Source of the DNA: Microthyrium microscopicum
Lineage: Eukaryota
Direction: 5' to 3'
Assembly: GCA_010405405.1 (NCBI GenBank)
Contig: MU004240.1
Span: 262,316-326,315 of the forward strand
DNA length: 64,000 nt
Each line of letters starts with the position of its first letter. Position 1 is the first letter of the stretch. Under the pieces are notes generated by a model. The model worked only from the letters and a program-made list of their open reading frames with translations, was not told the origin of the DNA and ran no database searches. Position numbers and translations under genes: made by a program. Shown here piece after piece: positions 37,901 through 49,621 of the stretch.

Positions 37901-39202
37901 AATGAGATGGTCCTGCCGCTTTGCGAACCGCCTGCCAGAACGCGTCGTATTCGACGGGTAGAGGTACGGACTTGATGATATCATCAATGTCTTTATCTGC
38001 TTGTGCCGCAACCCTGGCACACTCAAATTGGGCAAAGAATGGGAGCTGATTGGCACTTTCTGGGCCATCTAAAAAGAGACCGTCGCTGGGAAAATTTCGG
38101 ATTTTGTAGTTCTCTGGAGGACCTGGTTGTTCCCTGATTCGGTCCGGTCTTCGGGGAGAGGACGACTGAAGTACCTGCTCGAAGCTATCTCCAGCTTGCT
38201 GAAGACCTTGATTCGTCAACTCAAAGCTTTCCACTGCGGCTATGAGCCCTCGACCTGTCTCCGAATCGACCGTGTAGCGCTGGGAGCTATTGGTCTCACT
38301 GTTTCGAGACTTGCTATAGCCTAAGGTTTGAAAAGCTTTTCCATCACTTGTAGTCATGCTAAATGAGGAGGAATGATTCTCCGCAGGCTCAGGATCAGGA
38401 TCTGTTATATCCGTCTCGAAGGAGCGATTGCTGAGCCTGAGTCCTGAATTAGTCGACTGAAAAGACAGAAGTGGTATTGATGTCGAGGGCATAGTAGACC
38501 CAAAGGAGATTTGGGCAGTATCAGACTTTCTGGAGCTACGTGAAGATCTCGAAGTTCTCAGGGACTTCCGAGCTTTAGTCTGTTCACCGTCATCTTGGTG
38601 ACTGGCATCCGAGGATCGTTTATGCGATCGTGGGCGCGAGTTCACACTACGGGACGGTGACTCTGGTGGAGTGTTGAATTCATCACCGGAGTCTTCTGTT
38701 GGCGTCCGCGGTCGTTCTATGGGTTGTGCAGCCTTAGCTAGTGAATGCTTTAGTGTCTCGGTTTACACTGATATAAGCTAACTAGGGTAGACTTACACTG
38801 ATCCAATTTCCCTTGAAAAGAAGACAAGACTGCCTGTTCCTGGAGAATAGAGCTAGCGCTGCGTTGGAAAGAAGGAGTTGAAGGTGCTTGAAGGCGCACT
38901 TCTTCTTTGAGTATCAGAGCTAGTTGCTGGATCGAGTTTGGCGGCGTGTTACGGCACTGAAGCTCGACATTGTCCAAGGCAGCTCGTTTTTGAAAGTACA
39001 AGAACTGTACTCTTTTCCAACATTGTTCTTCATCATTTCCAGAAGAATCAACTTTATTGGGAGACCATCCTCTATCTCTGGGAACAAATGGGAGACGGTA
39101 TGTTTGGCAAATGTTTCCTAACCACTTGTTGATCTCGTCGTGAGACTTGGACGGGGAGCTCGGAGGCGTGTTCGCAGATGGATTGGGCCGAGCGAACGAC
39201 AT
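34969..39202 (-). CDS. qde-1: Cellular RNA-dependent RNA polymerase, QDE-1-like
   Basis: Four exons (about 39202-38797, 38737-37355, 37304-36229, 36174-34969). RKFGGDRFL, SRLDLG|FSRT, MNDGCSLIS, FQARINGAKGVW, VARHPALRPSDIQKV; catalytic GGDYDGD (DYDGD as in QDE-1). Confidence 0.88.
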
Positions 39203-39887
39203 TTGGTCCTGATATTGATTTCTGCAAGGAATTGATCAATGACTGTTACCAGTAGTTTGCCACTGGCTCAAGTTTTCTGGGGCAAGGGCGGAATCGAGCA
39301 ATGTGAGCCAATTGATCAGATCAGGCTGAAGCGGGCCCATACTGCAGATGCAGGTTGCACGAATGCTGGTGGGGGAATGAACTTACATGCTCTGCACAGG
39401 TTACTGGAAAATGATTCAACTGCACCAACAAGGCTGGCAAGGCTAAATGATGGTCAAATTGGCACAATCAATTGCTAGAAAATGGAGTTCTTTGGGACCG
39501 GAGAGCGGGAGCTTGAGAGGAACGGCTCGCGTTAGTTTAGGACCGCTGTCGGGCGCGTTCGCCTCCCTGCCAACCAGCTTGAATCTGTCAGACGCGTCAA
39601 GAAAATCAACACGCTCTCACCTGATACGCCACTTGCTCTGCATTTTACCAAAACCTTCGAAACCAGTTTGAAGCTTGGCCCAGGCCGCCAGGCCCCAGCT
39701 TCATGTTGGTGCTTGATATAGCCGCGCGGCTGCTACCCATCCAGCCTTCAAGTCACAAGGCAACGACAATCGCCAAACGTCACAGATCCAACATCTCTGA
39801 TCTTCACCAGACAACACCCAACTTCCGCTTATTTTATTGTCCGGAGCAGGTACGCTTATACGCATCGCAGACACAGATCACACCATC

Positions 39888-40760
39888 ATGTCCTACGAAA
39901 GAGGCTCCGCCCTCGAATCGCAGCCAACAACACAGCGTCGCGAGGATGACCCTCAGTTTCAGGATGATCCTGAGTTCGTCAGCTTTAGTTCAGAACTTTC
40001 AGACAAACTCTTCTCACTCACATCAACTGTTTCTCGACTATCAAATGAAGTAGCCTTATTAGGCACCCGCCGGGAGTCGGAGCGTGTACGAGAGCGGGCA
40101 CGAGAACTTATCGATCAAGGATCCAAGGAGTTCAAGTCAGTCGGTGAAGGGTTAAAGAAAGTGTTGACCTGGCCAGACGTTGGTGTAAGTTACATGCTTG
40201 CAGTTCAGAGTGAAGAAGTATGTTATTGACATTACTAGCCATCTCAACGATTCACGCAAGGAAAACTCAACCGCGAGTTCCAAGCCTCTTTGAAGGAGTT
40301 TCAAGAACTTCAACGAACCGCACTCGAGAAGGAACGCAATGCAGCAGCAGCAAGCAGAGCTGCATTAGACGATCAAGCCACTTCTCCATCCGGTTCATCT
40401 CCACTCGGTCAACGACAACTACAAGAGCAAGAGCAGTTGCGCCTAGCATCACAAGATGAAGTAGATTTTCAAGAGTCACTTATCATCGAGCGGGAGAGCG
40501 AGATCCGAAACATTGAGCAAAGCGTCGGAGAGCTGAACGAGCTATTCCGCGACGTCGCCCACATGATACACGAGCAAGGAGAACAACTTGACATAATCCA
40601 AGAGCACGCGTACGACACTCGCGAGGATACAAGGGCCGCACACGTTGAGCTAAACCAAGCCTACCGGTATCAGAAAAATGCTCGAAACAGGATGTGCTGC
40701 TTGCTTTTGGTTCTATTGGTAGTTCTCACGATAATAATTCTCGCTGTGGCTTTGGCATGA
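39888..40760 (+). CDS. pep12: Endosomal/vacuolar syntaxin (Pep12/Vam3, syntaxin-7 class)
   Basis: Habc region, SNARE motif IIERESEIRNIEQSVGELNELFRDVAHMIHEQGEQLD, C-terminal TM helix; one intron at about 40184-40238. Confidence 0.85.
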
Positions 40761-40961
40761 GATTTTATTTACGGCGTTTGGGATTAGCATTAGTTTTGCT
40801 TTTGAGTATAATGGCAAGATGCCTTACTGTCTATAATACAAATTGATGTGTACATGATAACCTGCTAGCTTCTATTTCCGCTAAATGATATTATGACAGA
40901 TTGATGAACAGATGACTGCCTTCCAACAGCCGTAATATACATAAATGTTGCATATCGCAAG

Positions 40962-42137
40962 CTACACGAGTCCCATGAGCTGTACCGCATACTCCGCAAG
41001 CAGTCCAAGGGATATGCCGCCACCCGTGAAGAGGCAGCCGTTCTTGAACCACCACCAGCAATTAGCCACACTATTCAGCTGAACCTTCCATATCATAGCC
41101 GCTAAGCTCGCCGCAGCGGAACCACAAGCGCCAATGTAGAATACTGGACTGGCACCAACAGCTGCTCCAGCAGCAGCAAGTAGCCCAATCTGTACTACAG
41201 CAAGACCGCTAAGGACTGCCTTTGTATCTTTCCCATGCCTCAGCACAATGCTTTTGATACCAGCTTTAACATCATCCTTCTTGTCCATATGCGCGTAGAT
41301 CATATCGTACAACACTGTCCAGGCCACATTACTCGCATAAAGTGAGCCAGCGGCAAAAAGAGCAGCTTGATTTGATAGAAGGTCGATTCCAAGAGCCGGA
41401 AAACCCATGATAGCGCCCCATGAGAACGTCAGTCCAAGAACGAATTGCGGGTAGTATGTGATTCGTTTCGCCAATGGGTATGTTGTGACTAAGAGAAGCG
41501 ATGGAATGCCATAGTAGAGACATTGAGTTGGAAATTGAACGAGAATTGCCAGACCAGTCAAGAGCTGTACGCCAGTGAATATCACGGCATTGCGAGGTGT
41601 TACTGCTCGTCTGGCTAGTGGACGCAGCTTTGTACGCTCAACGTAAGGATCTAGGTTGCGGTCCCAGAGATCGTTGATTGTGCATCCTGCGCCGCGCATT
41701 ATGAGAGCGCCGCTGAGGAAGAGGCCGGCATAACCGATGACGGTCAAAGGAGGAGCGATTGGAACTGCGAGGGGTGCTGCTAGGAGTGTGCTCCAGAGAC
41801 ATGGCCAGAACAAGTAGTAGGCACCGGCCGGTTTGTCTATTCTCGTAAGCTCGGCATATGGAATGAGAGCTTTAGGGAGATGTGATATGAGGCCAGTGGT
41901 TGGTGGTGTGTAAGGTGCCTGAGGGCCTACAGTCTCTGAGAGAGTTGCGGTACTGTTTTGTCGTATTCTAGCTCTTGAAGTATGTTTTGAGGATACAATC
42001 AACGATCGACGTGTTGATATACTTTTCCATCTTTGTGATTTTTGAAATGCTTGCCCATTCCAACACGTCCTGTCAGCCTGGCGAGGTAGTTTAACTTCCA
42101 ATGCGCTCAAGATCTTCCTTCCGCTCCAAAACGCCAT
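40962..42137 (-). CDS. COQ2: 4-hydroxybenzoate polyprenyltransferase, mitochondrial
   Basis: ELTRIDKPAG, MRGAGCTINDLWDRNLD, RTKLRPLA, YDMIYAHMDKKDD; basic presequence. Confidence 0.96.
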   Translation of the reverse strand: MAFWSGRKILSALEVKLPRQADRTCWNGQAFQKSQRWKSISTRRSLIVSSKHTSRARIRQNSTATLSETVGPQAPYTPPTTGLISHLPKALIPYAELTRIDKPAGAYYLFWPCLWSTLLAAPLAVPIAPPLTVIGYAGLFLSGALIMRGAGCTINDLWDRNLDPYVERTKLRPLARRAVTPRNAVIFTGVQLLTGLAILVQFPTQCLYYGIPSLLLVTTYPLAKRITYYPQFVLGLTFSWGAIMGFPALGIDLLSNQAALFAAGSLYASNVAWTVLYDMIYAHMDKKDDVKAGIKSIVLRHGKDTKAVLSGLAVVQIGLLAAAGAAVGASPVFYIGACGSAAASLAAMIWKVQLNSVANCWWWFKNGCLFTGGGISLGLLAEYAVQLMGLV

Positions 42138-42316
42138 CCTTCCTTCTCCGTGCTCTTGCTCTCCTCAACAGGCTTCGGCCTCAATAACTGAGACTAGCTA
42201 GTAGATCTTCTGCGCATCAAGCCAACTTGCAATCCAGTGCTAAATGCGATTTGATTGACACAAGATATAAGATGACGGTTCGTGTTTTCTAGTCTGGTTC
42301 TGAGAGGCTCGACATG

Positions 42317-42328
42317 CATCACGTGATG
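42317..42328. promoter_or_regulatory. Palindromic E-box CATCACGTGATG in the COQ2/JmjC bidirectional promoter
   Basis: Perfect 12-bp palindrome containing ATCACGTGAT (bHLH SREBP/Cbf1-type site). Confidence 0.45.
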
Positions 42329-42584
42329 ATGTAAGTTGTCAACGTCCTGGTAGCTCCGCTTTCCATCAGAATCCATCTTTCAAACATTTCACGCGTACCT
42401 AGCACCACTCTCATCCCCGCAACCACCAACTTTCGCTCAGCTTCAGAGCGTGATTGCGTATCTGCCTGCGCTCATAAGCACATCTGCCTGAAGCATAATC
42501 AAAACCTTACTACCCCAGAGCCAGCTCGCGTTACCCTACCTGGCTTTGCGCCACGCGCGAGGACTCGACTAAAGAGTTGTCAAT

Positions 42585-45500
42585 ATGCCTGCGCAACGCC
42601 CCCGAGCATCGTTCGAACCAATATCAACAGATCTCGATATCAACCAGCTTGTCGAAGAAACACCGAATTTCGAGTTTTGTAATCGGCTATCTTTCACCGA
42701 AATTGAACGTAGCCCCGAAGGCCTGGAACGATTCGAGCGCATGGTACGCGAAGTATGCATCAACAAAGGTCTTCCATTGGTGATAGACGGGTTTGAAGAG
42801 AAATTGGATGCGTGGGCTTTCACCCCAAAATGGCTGATAGACAATCATGGGAGCAAAGGTATGTCGCGGCCAGGTGGCGCAACGATATATAAGCTAATCT
42901 AAGTCAAAGTCGAAAATGCCCGTAACCTCACTCAGAAAGATAATATCGCAATGACCATCAAGCACTACCTATCCCACATGGGCAAGTTGACTGAACAATT
43001 CTTCGAAGGCCCGGAAAACTACAAGGACAAAAGCCGACAGCGCGTGTATCTCAAAGACATCGACTGTCCTCAAGTCTGGCAAGACAAACTGAAAGATATA
43101 ATACCCGGCGCGGTCTTCTACTTTAACGACAGCACTGGCTTGATAGGAGGCCCTGGCGCACTAAATGATCCTCTGCCCCATGCCACTGGTCCTCGAAAAG
43201 GCAAAGGCATTGGAATCGCTGGAGATCTCATGAGCAGTCTTCCTCTAGAGATGCGCGCAGAAAACTTGATGTGCTACATTGGGCATGAAGGCACATATAC
43301 TCCAGCGCATCGAGAGATGTGCGCAACAATGAGTCACAATATAATGGTCAATACATCTGGGGATGTAGATGAAAACGGCAACCCTGAACGCCCTGGCTCC
43401 TCAATCTGGTTTATGACCCAGAGCAAAGATCGCAAGATTGTTGCCGAATGGTGGCAATCAACTCTAGGCCACGACATTGAGCTTGAAGACCACTTTGCAC
43501 AAATTGCTGCTTGGCAACGCGCACCTTTTACCACATACGTTGTTGAGCAAAAGCTAGGAGACTTTGTTCTTATTCCCCCTCTAGCGCCGCATCAAGTTTG
43601 GAACAGAGGTACTCGAACCATGAAAGTCGCGTGGAATCGGACCACAGTGGAAACACTAGAATTTGCCATGCACGAAGCACTACCAAAGTCTCGTATGGTA
43701 TGTCGAGACGAACAGTACAAGAACAAGGCTATAATCTACTACACCTTGATGAAGTACTCGAGCCTGATCAAGCAAGCCGAGGATGTCTCTCAGCGATCCG
43801 AATCACAGAGAGATGCATTGGCGCGATCGAAAAAGTATCGACAAGTTCAGAGAGATTTCATTCGATTATTCGAGCTCTTCAAAGAGGTACTTCTGGCCGA
43901 AATGTTCGCACCTGGCTCTAAGGAGTCGTGCGAATTGCTCACATTCGACAGCAACGTGACATGTTCTTATTGCCGAGCCAATATTTTCAATCGATTCTTG
44001 ACTTGCAAGCATTGCAACGACAAGTTTGGCGGCGATGACCCATACGATGTCTGCATGGACTGCTATGTAATTGGCCGCAGCTGTGAATGTCGGTCGAAAT
44101 ACAAATGGGTCGAGCAATTCAAATGGAAGCATCTTCAAGATCGTTATGAATACTGGCGCGAGCAAATTATCAAAATCAGTGGAGGTATGACAGGCCGCAC
44201 GCCTTATCAACTAGAGGAAGAACGAAGACTATACCCTAAGAAGACAACGGCGCAGGTTTGTCAAGAACAACTTCGTATTCGACCATGGATCGATATCAAG
44301 AAAGAAACACCACCAACAGACGATGAAGAGGATGGCGAAGAAGAGGTTACGCTCAACAATGATGGAACAATCAAGAAAGTGACCAAGAAGAAAACCAAGT
44401 CCTACTTTGAGAAGAACAAGTCTTGTCACGTCTGCCTCTCTCGGCATCCCAAGTGGACGATGGCAATGTGTACAATGTGCGAAAAATACTGGTGCTATGG
44501 CAGTCTTTATCGCGCGTTTGATCTTTTGCCGCAAATGGTCCTTGAAGATCCGAACTGGGAATGCCCACATTGTCAGCGAATATGCTCTGCTGGAAATTGT
44601 CGTAAGGATCCACGCCAACAGCCTTATGTCCCTAACGGAACGTCACTTGGACATGATACGAAAAAGGTGGCTGACATAAGAAGCGTTGAGTGTCTTGTCG
44701 ATTTTGGTGTGTCCAACTTGAACTGGGCTGCCAATGATGGTAGCCAATTTGAACGACTCCAGGCTGAACAGGAAACGATGAACCAAACTCAGCCTCAGGA
44801 TCATTCTGGTGATGAAATGGATCTTGACGGCCCCCGGATTGCCTATTCACCCAATGCGATGATTGATCCGGCCCTTGCCGGTGATGTTCCGGACACACTA
44901 GAGCCTTTGGCACCCCCAGAGCAGCCATTGATAAGCAACATTCATGAGTACCCTGATCCATCAACTACTACGGCGTATCCCGACATTGATAATAGTGGCT
45001 ATGATCTCAATGTGACAATGTACCATGGTCCAGGCACTGTAGATACATCTACACCTGCGCCAGTCAACGGGTCGTCCAATACAAACAAACGGCCTGCAGC
45101 TGATATGGATCCGATCAAGATTGTCCAGCGCAAGAGAAAACGCAAGGCAAACGATGAGGAAGAAGTCACTCCCAACCGCAACAAGGCTTCTAAGCAGTTC
45201 CAGCAGGAGCAACACAAGAAGCAGCTAGATCAAGCACGTAAGGAAGGGCGATATCTTTATGTCTGGGCCAAACTCAACAACAAATCCCTCAAGGTCTCTC
45301 TCACTGTGCCTCAGGCCAAGCTCGAAGAATTACAGTCAATCGACCAGGAAAAGCAAGCGAAAGAACAGCAACGTAACAACGTGCTGCTTCGCTCAGATAT
45401 CCGGCCACCACCACTTGTCGTATATAAGCCTGTGCCTAAGCCGAGTAAGCCCAAGTCATTCAAGGCTCGCCTGGAAGAAGACGAGGACTTTGGAGCTCGC

Positions 45501-46250
45501 TGGCGTCCAAAGGCTGGCAAACAGAAAAAGAAGCAACCGCAGTTTGAGGAAATTGAGCTTGAGAACAGTTCTGAGGATGATTTCTTCTACGAACGCGCTG
45601 GTGGCAATCGCTCTAGCAATCGTCGAAAGTCTGATTGGCTTGCACGCAAAAATCAGGACGAAGACGAAGACATTCCAGAAGAGCTTCCTCAAGATTACAA
45701 GGATCGCGCACCGGGTACGCGATCATCACTGAATGGCCGTCGCTCACTTGGACAAAAGGCGCCTAGAATTCGCCCTACTGGTGGCTCAAACAATGTCGAC
45801 TTGACGAATGTGGCTACTAGCGAATCTGAAGATGAAGATGACACATCTGCCGCTGCCGAGAATACTGCCTCCAAAGCCGCAGAGGTTGCCCGCTTGGCCA
45901 TGGAAGAGGAGAATAGGCAAGCGAAATTGCAGGCTTTGCACTGGGCAGAGGACGGAGAAGATGACGATGATGCTGCTGAGCAGGACGGTACCGAGGGCGA
46001 TGAAGAAGATGAATTGTTTGCTGCCAAAACCCCAACGCCTCAGCGCCGTAGAGCAGGTCCAGCTTCTGCTTCTAACTCACCAGCTCCGACTTCAAACTCC
46101 GCACGGGCTGGTCCAAGCAAGTCACCAGCTGCCAATGGAGAGTCGCTTGCATCTCGCATGGCTGGTCGCAATATCAAGATTGTGGCCGCTAAAACGAAAA
46201 AGTTCTTCAGCAAGAGTGGCCCTCCTGGACGATCTCAGCTTCCTGGCTGA
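42585..46250 (+). CDS. dmm-1: JmjC-domain chromatin protein with Cys-rich zinc fingers (DMM-1-like)
   Basis: Exon 42585-42858 plus exon from 42910, in frame. JmjC Fe ligands PAHRE...APHQV, CxxC clusters and a zf-4CXXC_R1-like SCHVC..CTMC..WCYGSL..WECPHCQRICSAGNC; acidic/basic tail. Orthology is from recollection of the architecture. Confidence 0.7.
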
Positions 46251-49200
46251 AGACATTTCCATATCTGCTGGGCCTGTTTTTGTGTTTGTTTAAGGTCTGT
46301 AGGATTTTCAGGTATTGATTGACGAGTTGATGAAGCTCTGGCTGAGACACAGGTTTAGGGGGCATCAAATGTAAATAAATTACTGTTTTAATAATACTCG
46401 AGTCTGACGCTTTATCTTTGTTCTTGATAATGTTTATTAGGCAGTCAGCTGGATGGCAACATGACCAACTACATCAAGGGTGACGGCTGCCGTCAGCACT
46501 GCTAAACAAGAGATGTTCTTTTCAAGGTGTGAAAATACAGCACGTTGTCATTGTTTCAACATCCATAAGGCTGAAGAAGCCTTGGCAAGGCTGATCAGCA
46601 ATGCCTCTCACAACGACATGCCTTGCATGCCATTAGTTCGCACAGCTTCTGATCCCCGTCTAATCGATGCTATCTTTAAACTGTAATAAGGCACTAACTC
46701 CCACTTCAATTTCACGTGAAGCTATCTTTGCAAGGAACTTCAAGGTAGGTAGAGCAGCTTTTCGAAGCGCGGAGACCTTTTAGGATAAGAGTAATCCGAG
46801 GGAGTATGATAGAATATGATAAGACTCTAGATCTACCATACACCATGAGCAGTCAGACCTACAACCACGTTGCGCCAATGTTATGCCGCCATGAGCTCCG
46901 CCCTCTTGTCATGCAGCGTAAATGCACAATATCGACGATAGCGGAGAAACAACAGCCTTACAGCACACTCAGCCTAACTACGGTCAAGCAACCCTGCATC
47001 TGGCTATCCCAAGTACAATGAACGTCGACGTATCACAGTCCTACCGCATTTATCTTTTTCCGGTCAGATATGTTGAGGTCCACACCGGAATTTGCTCATA
47101 GGTGCACTTTTGTCACACTCAACCTCCAAGTTTTCGTATCCGCATTTGGAAATAATTCCAGCATCAAATGCGCGTATTTATGAAGCTTTTGAAAGCGAGA
47201 TATTTTACAAAAAGCCATGCCGTCACAGTCCAATCAATTCGTCATATGCCCCTGAGCTACCATCATAGCTCCAACAACTAGCAATAGTCTACCGCTACGA
47301 AAAAGCTAAAAGAAGCTCTGGACCAAATAATTGCAGATGCAAACTCCCCGCCTTGCGCAAGAAAATAAGGAAAGCACCCAAGCTTTCCCCACAGACCCAT
47401 AAGATCTCTTCGAAAACAATAATGCTCGGTATTTGTTAGCGAGGCATGGCGATGGCCAAGGGATCAAACATCGGAGGCCTCATATCTACAAGTAAGTGGT
47501 TTCTTGACCCCCGGCGCAAAGAAGACTATTTCCAGTGTCGTTTATATTGCAATGCAGCCCTGTCAAAAGGTTATGGTGCAGATCCGTCTCACGACCTTCC
47601 AAACTTAGGGCGGCAGGGAGCGACATAATTGGCCAATAATCCGTGGAATGGAGCTTCCGACGGCCGCCCACTTTAGACGGAACTGACTGACTGCTTTGGG
47701 GGTATTTTGTCTCTGGGATTCTGGGGTGGTTGCGCGCCCGCGAAGATATGTTGTTCTTGGTACGCCAACGGGCGGCCCGCAACAAAGCTGTTTGGTGGAG
47801 ACACCTTTTCGTTCGATGAATCGTGGAGATGTTCAATTTCAATCAAGATTTACAATACACGGACGTTGTTCAAAAAGTGGTTTAGGACTGTAGAAACGCA
47901 AAACAGCAAGACAATGCGGTTTGGACGGGCCGTTGTTGATATCTTGGGGCCCTGGCGGCTGAGAATTGTGTTTTAATATCGCGGAAAGATGTAGGATCAG
48001 CTTGTTCCCTATCTTTGATAGTGGATCCTTTGCAAACAGTAGCCCTCTGTCGCATCAAAGAAAACTCACATGCCGAAGTTATCGGCGATAAATTGTTGCG
48101 ACCGAATTCCTTTGGTGACACGGTGTCGTCTACGGTCTCTTCCCAAAGCAACGCGGAATTCTCCAGACACTGCAGCAAGCAAAATGGAAAAGGAACAAAA
48201 AAAGAAGCGTACATGACGCGCGGTGCAGCCAGTGGGAAGGGGTAGAGCTGCAGTTTGACGCCTCAGCCGAGCTTCCTGGGCCTTTGCTGGTGCGATATAG
48301 GGATGTGATTGGCGCGACCAAGGTTAGTGTGAGCTTCGGGGAAGTGAAGCGAAAATGGGATTTAAACTCTTTTCGGAGGGCAACGGTATTACGGTACGAA
48401 TGGTATGACAGCAGGCTGAGAAAGGAGGCAAAAGCTGGGTAATGGTATTGGATATGTGGCTCTTACTGGTTGGGTTAGGACAAACTAGGGGTTGATAGGA
48501 ACATTCCAGCCTGATTCCTTGTGGAGAATAGTGTATTCTGTGGTGTAACCGGTGTTCCCCTGGCAAGAAACATGTCCAAGCATTCATTCTCAGCTTTTGC
48601 CAGCCAGGCTCCAGCTCCCAGCTCTCTCACGTCTGTCTGCCTGCTTGATGCATTGCTTTCTGCACTCAGATGCTGATGCTTTTGGTGTTGTTACCACTCT
48701 TGGCTCTCTTTTTGCTTGCTGGCCTGTCCACTTTGGAAACCACCCCATGTCTATGATCTTTCCTATCCCCATCCCCATCTCTATCCATCCCAGTACCTAG
48801 TCCCCCGTCTAAGGTCTTCGTGGTGTCTCACCCCCTTCTTTGCGCATCTTGCCATCTTGCTCGTCCGTACTCCCGTATCTTCCATCCACGTCTTACCCAC
48901 CACCTGTCTCATTCCTTTACCATTCTCTAGACAACCATCTTTCAGCCTGTTTATCCTCAGTACTCAATACTCACAAACTCTTCTTCATCTTGTTCTCTTC
49001 ATCCCCAACTGTCTCAACAACGAAACTTTTCGCCTCCAAACCTCTTGCGCTCCGTTTTGACTAGCCCTGGTGCTAATCCGCGCGCTGACGTTTGCTTGCT
49101 GCTGCTAAACGGCCTGTACTGTGTACTGTCTGTGTGCTGTCGCTACCAACTGCCTTCAGCCCAGGCAGCCCAGTGCCTCCGTAATCTGCCTGACCCACGC

Positions 49201-49621
49201 CCCCTTCGTGCATCAATCTCTTGCTGCTTCTCTCTCCTTCTCCCTTTCTCCAACTTCACTCCTCCCTCAACAAACAATCCTCCTCCCTTTTCTCACCCTT
49301 CCTCTTTCATCGTGACCTTTTTTGCGCCACTGACCTTTCTGCACCGGCAGCAGTTAGTGTCTTTCTTCTTTCTCTTTTCTTCTTTTCCTTCCTTTGAGAC
49401 CGTCTTTTCCTCTAGGACTTTTAATCGCCCTACGTCTTTGTAATACACCCCCAAACCTGCGCATTCTATCGCCAACTTGGGTCCCCGTTTATTAGCGCGA
49501 CTTCCTTGCCACACACTTGGTTGTTGCCTTTATCAAACATTATCGTCGCAAACTCCGCGCACTCGAGCGCATTAATTTCTTCGATGAGAGTGGCTTTTCT
49601 CTCGACTTCTTCTACGTCGCG

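Noticed and set aside
6222..42137. Hfd1-like ALDH and COQ2 as a coenzyme Q precursor cluster
   Set aside because: They are 33 kb apart with many unrelated genes between; likely coincidence.
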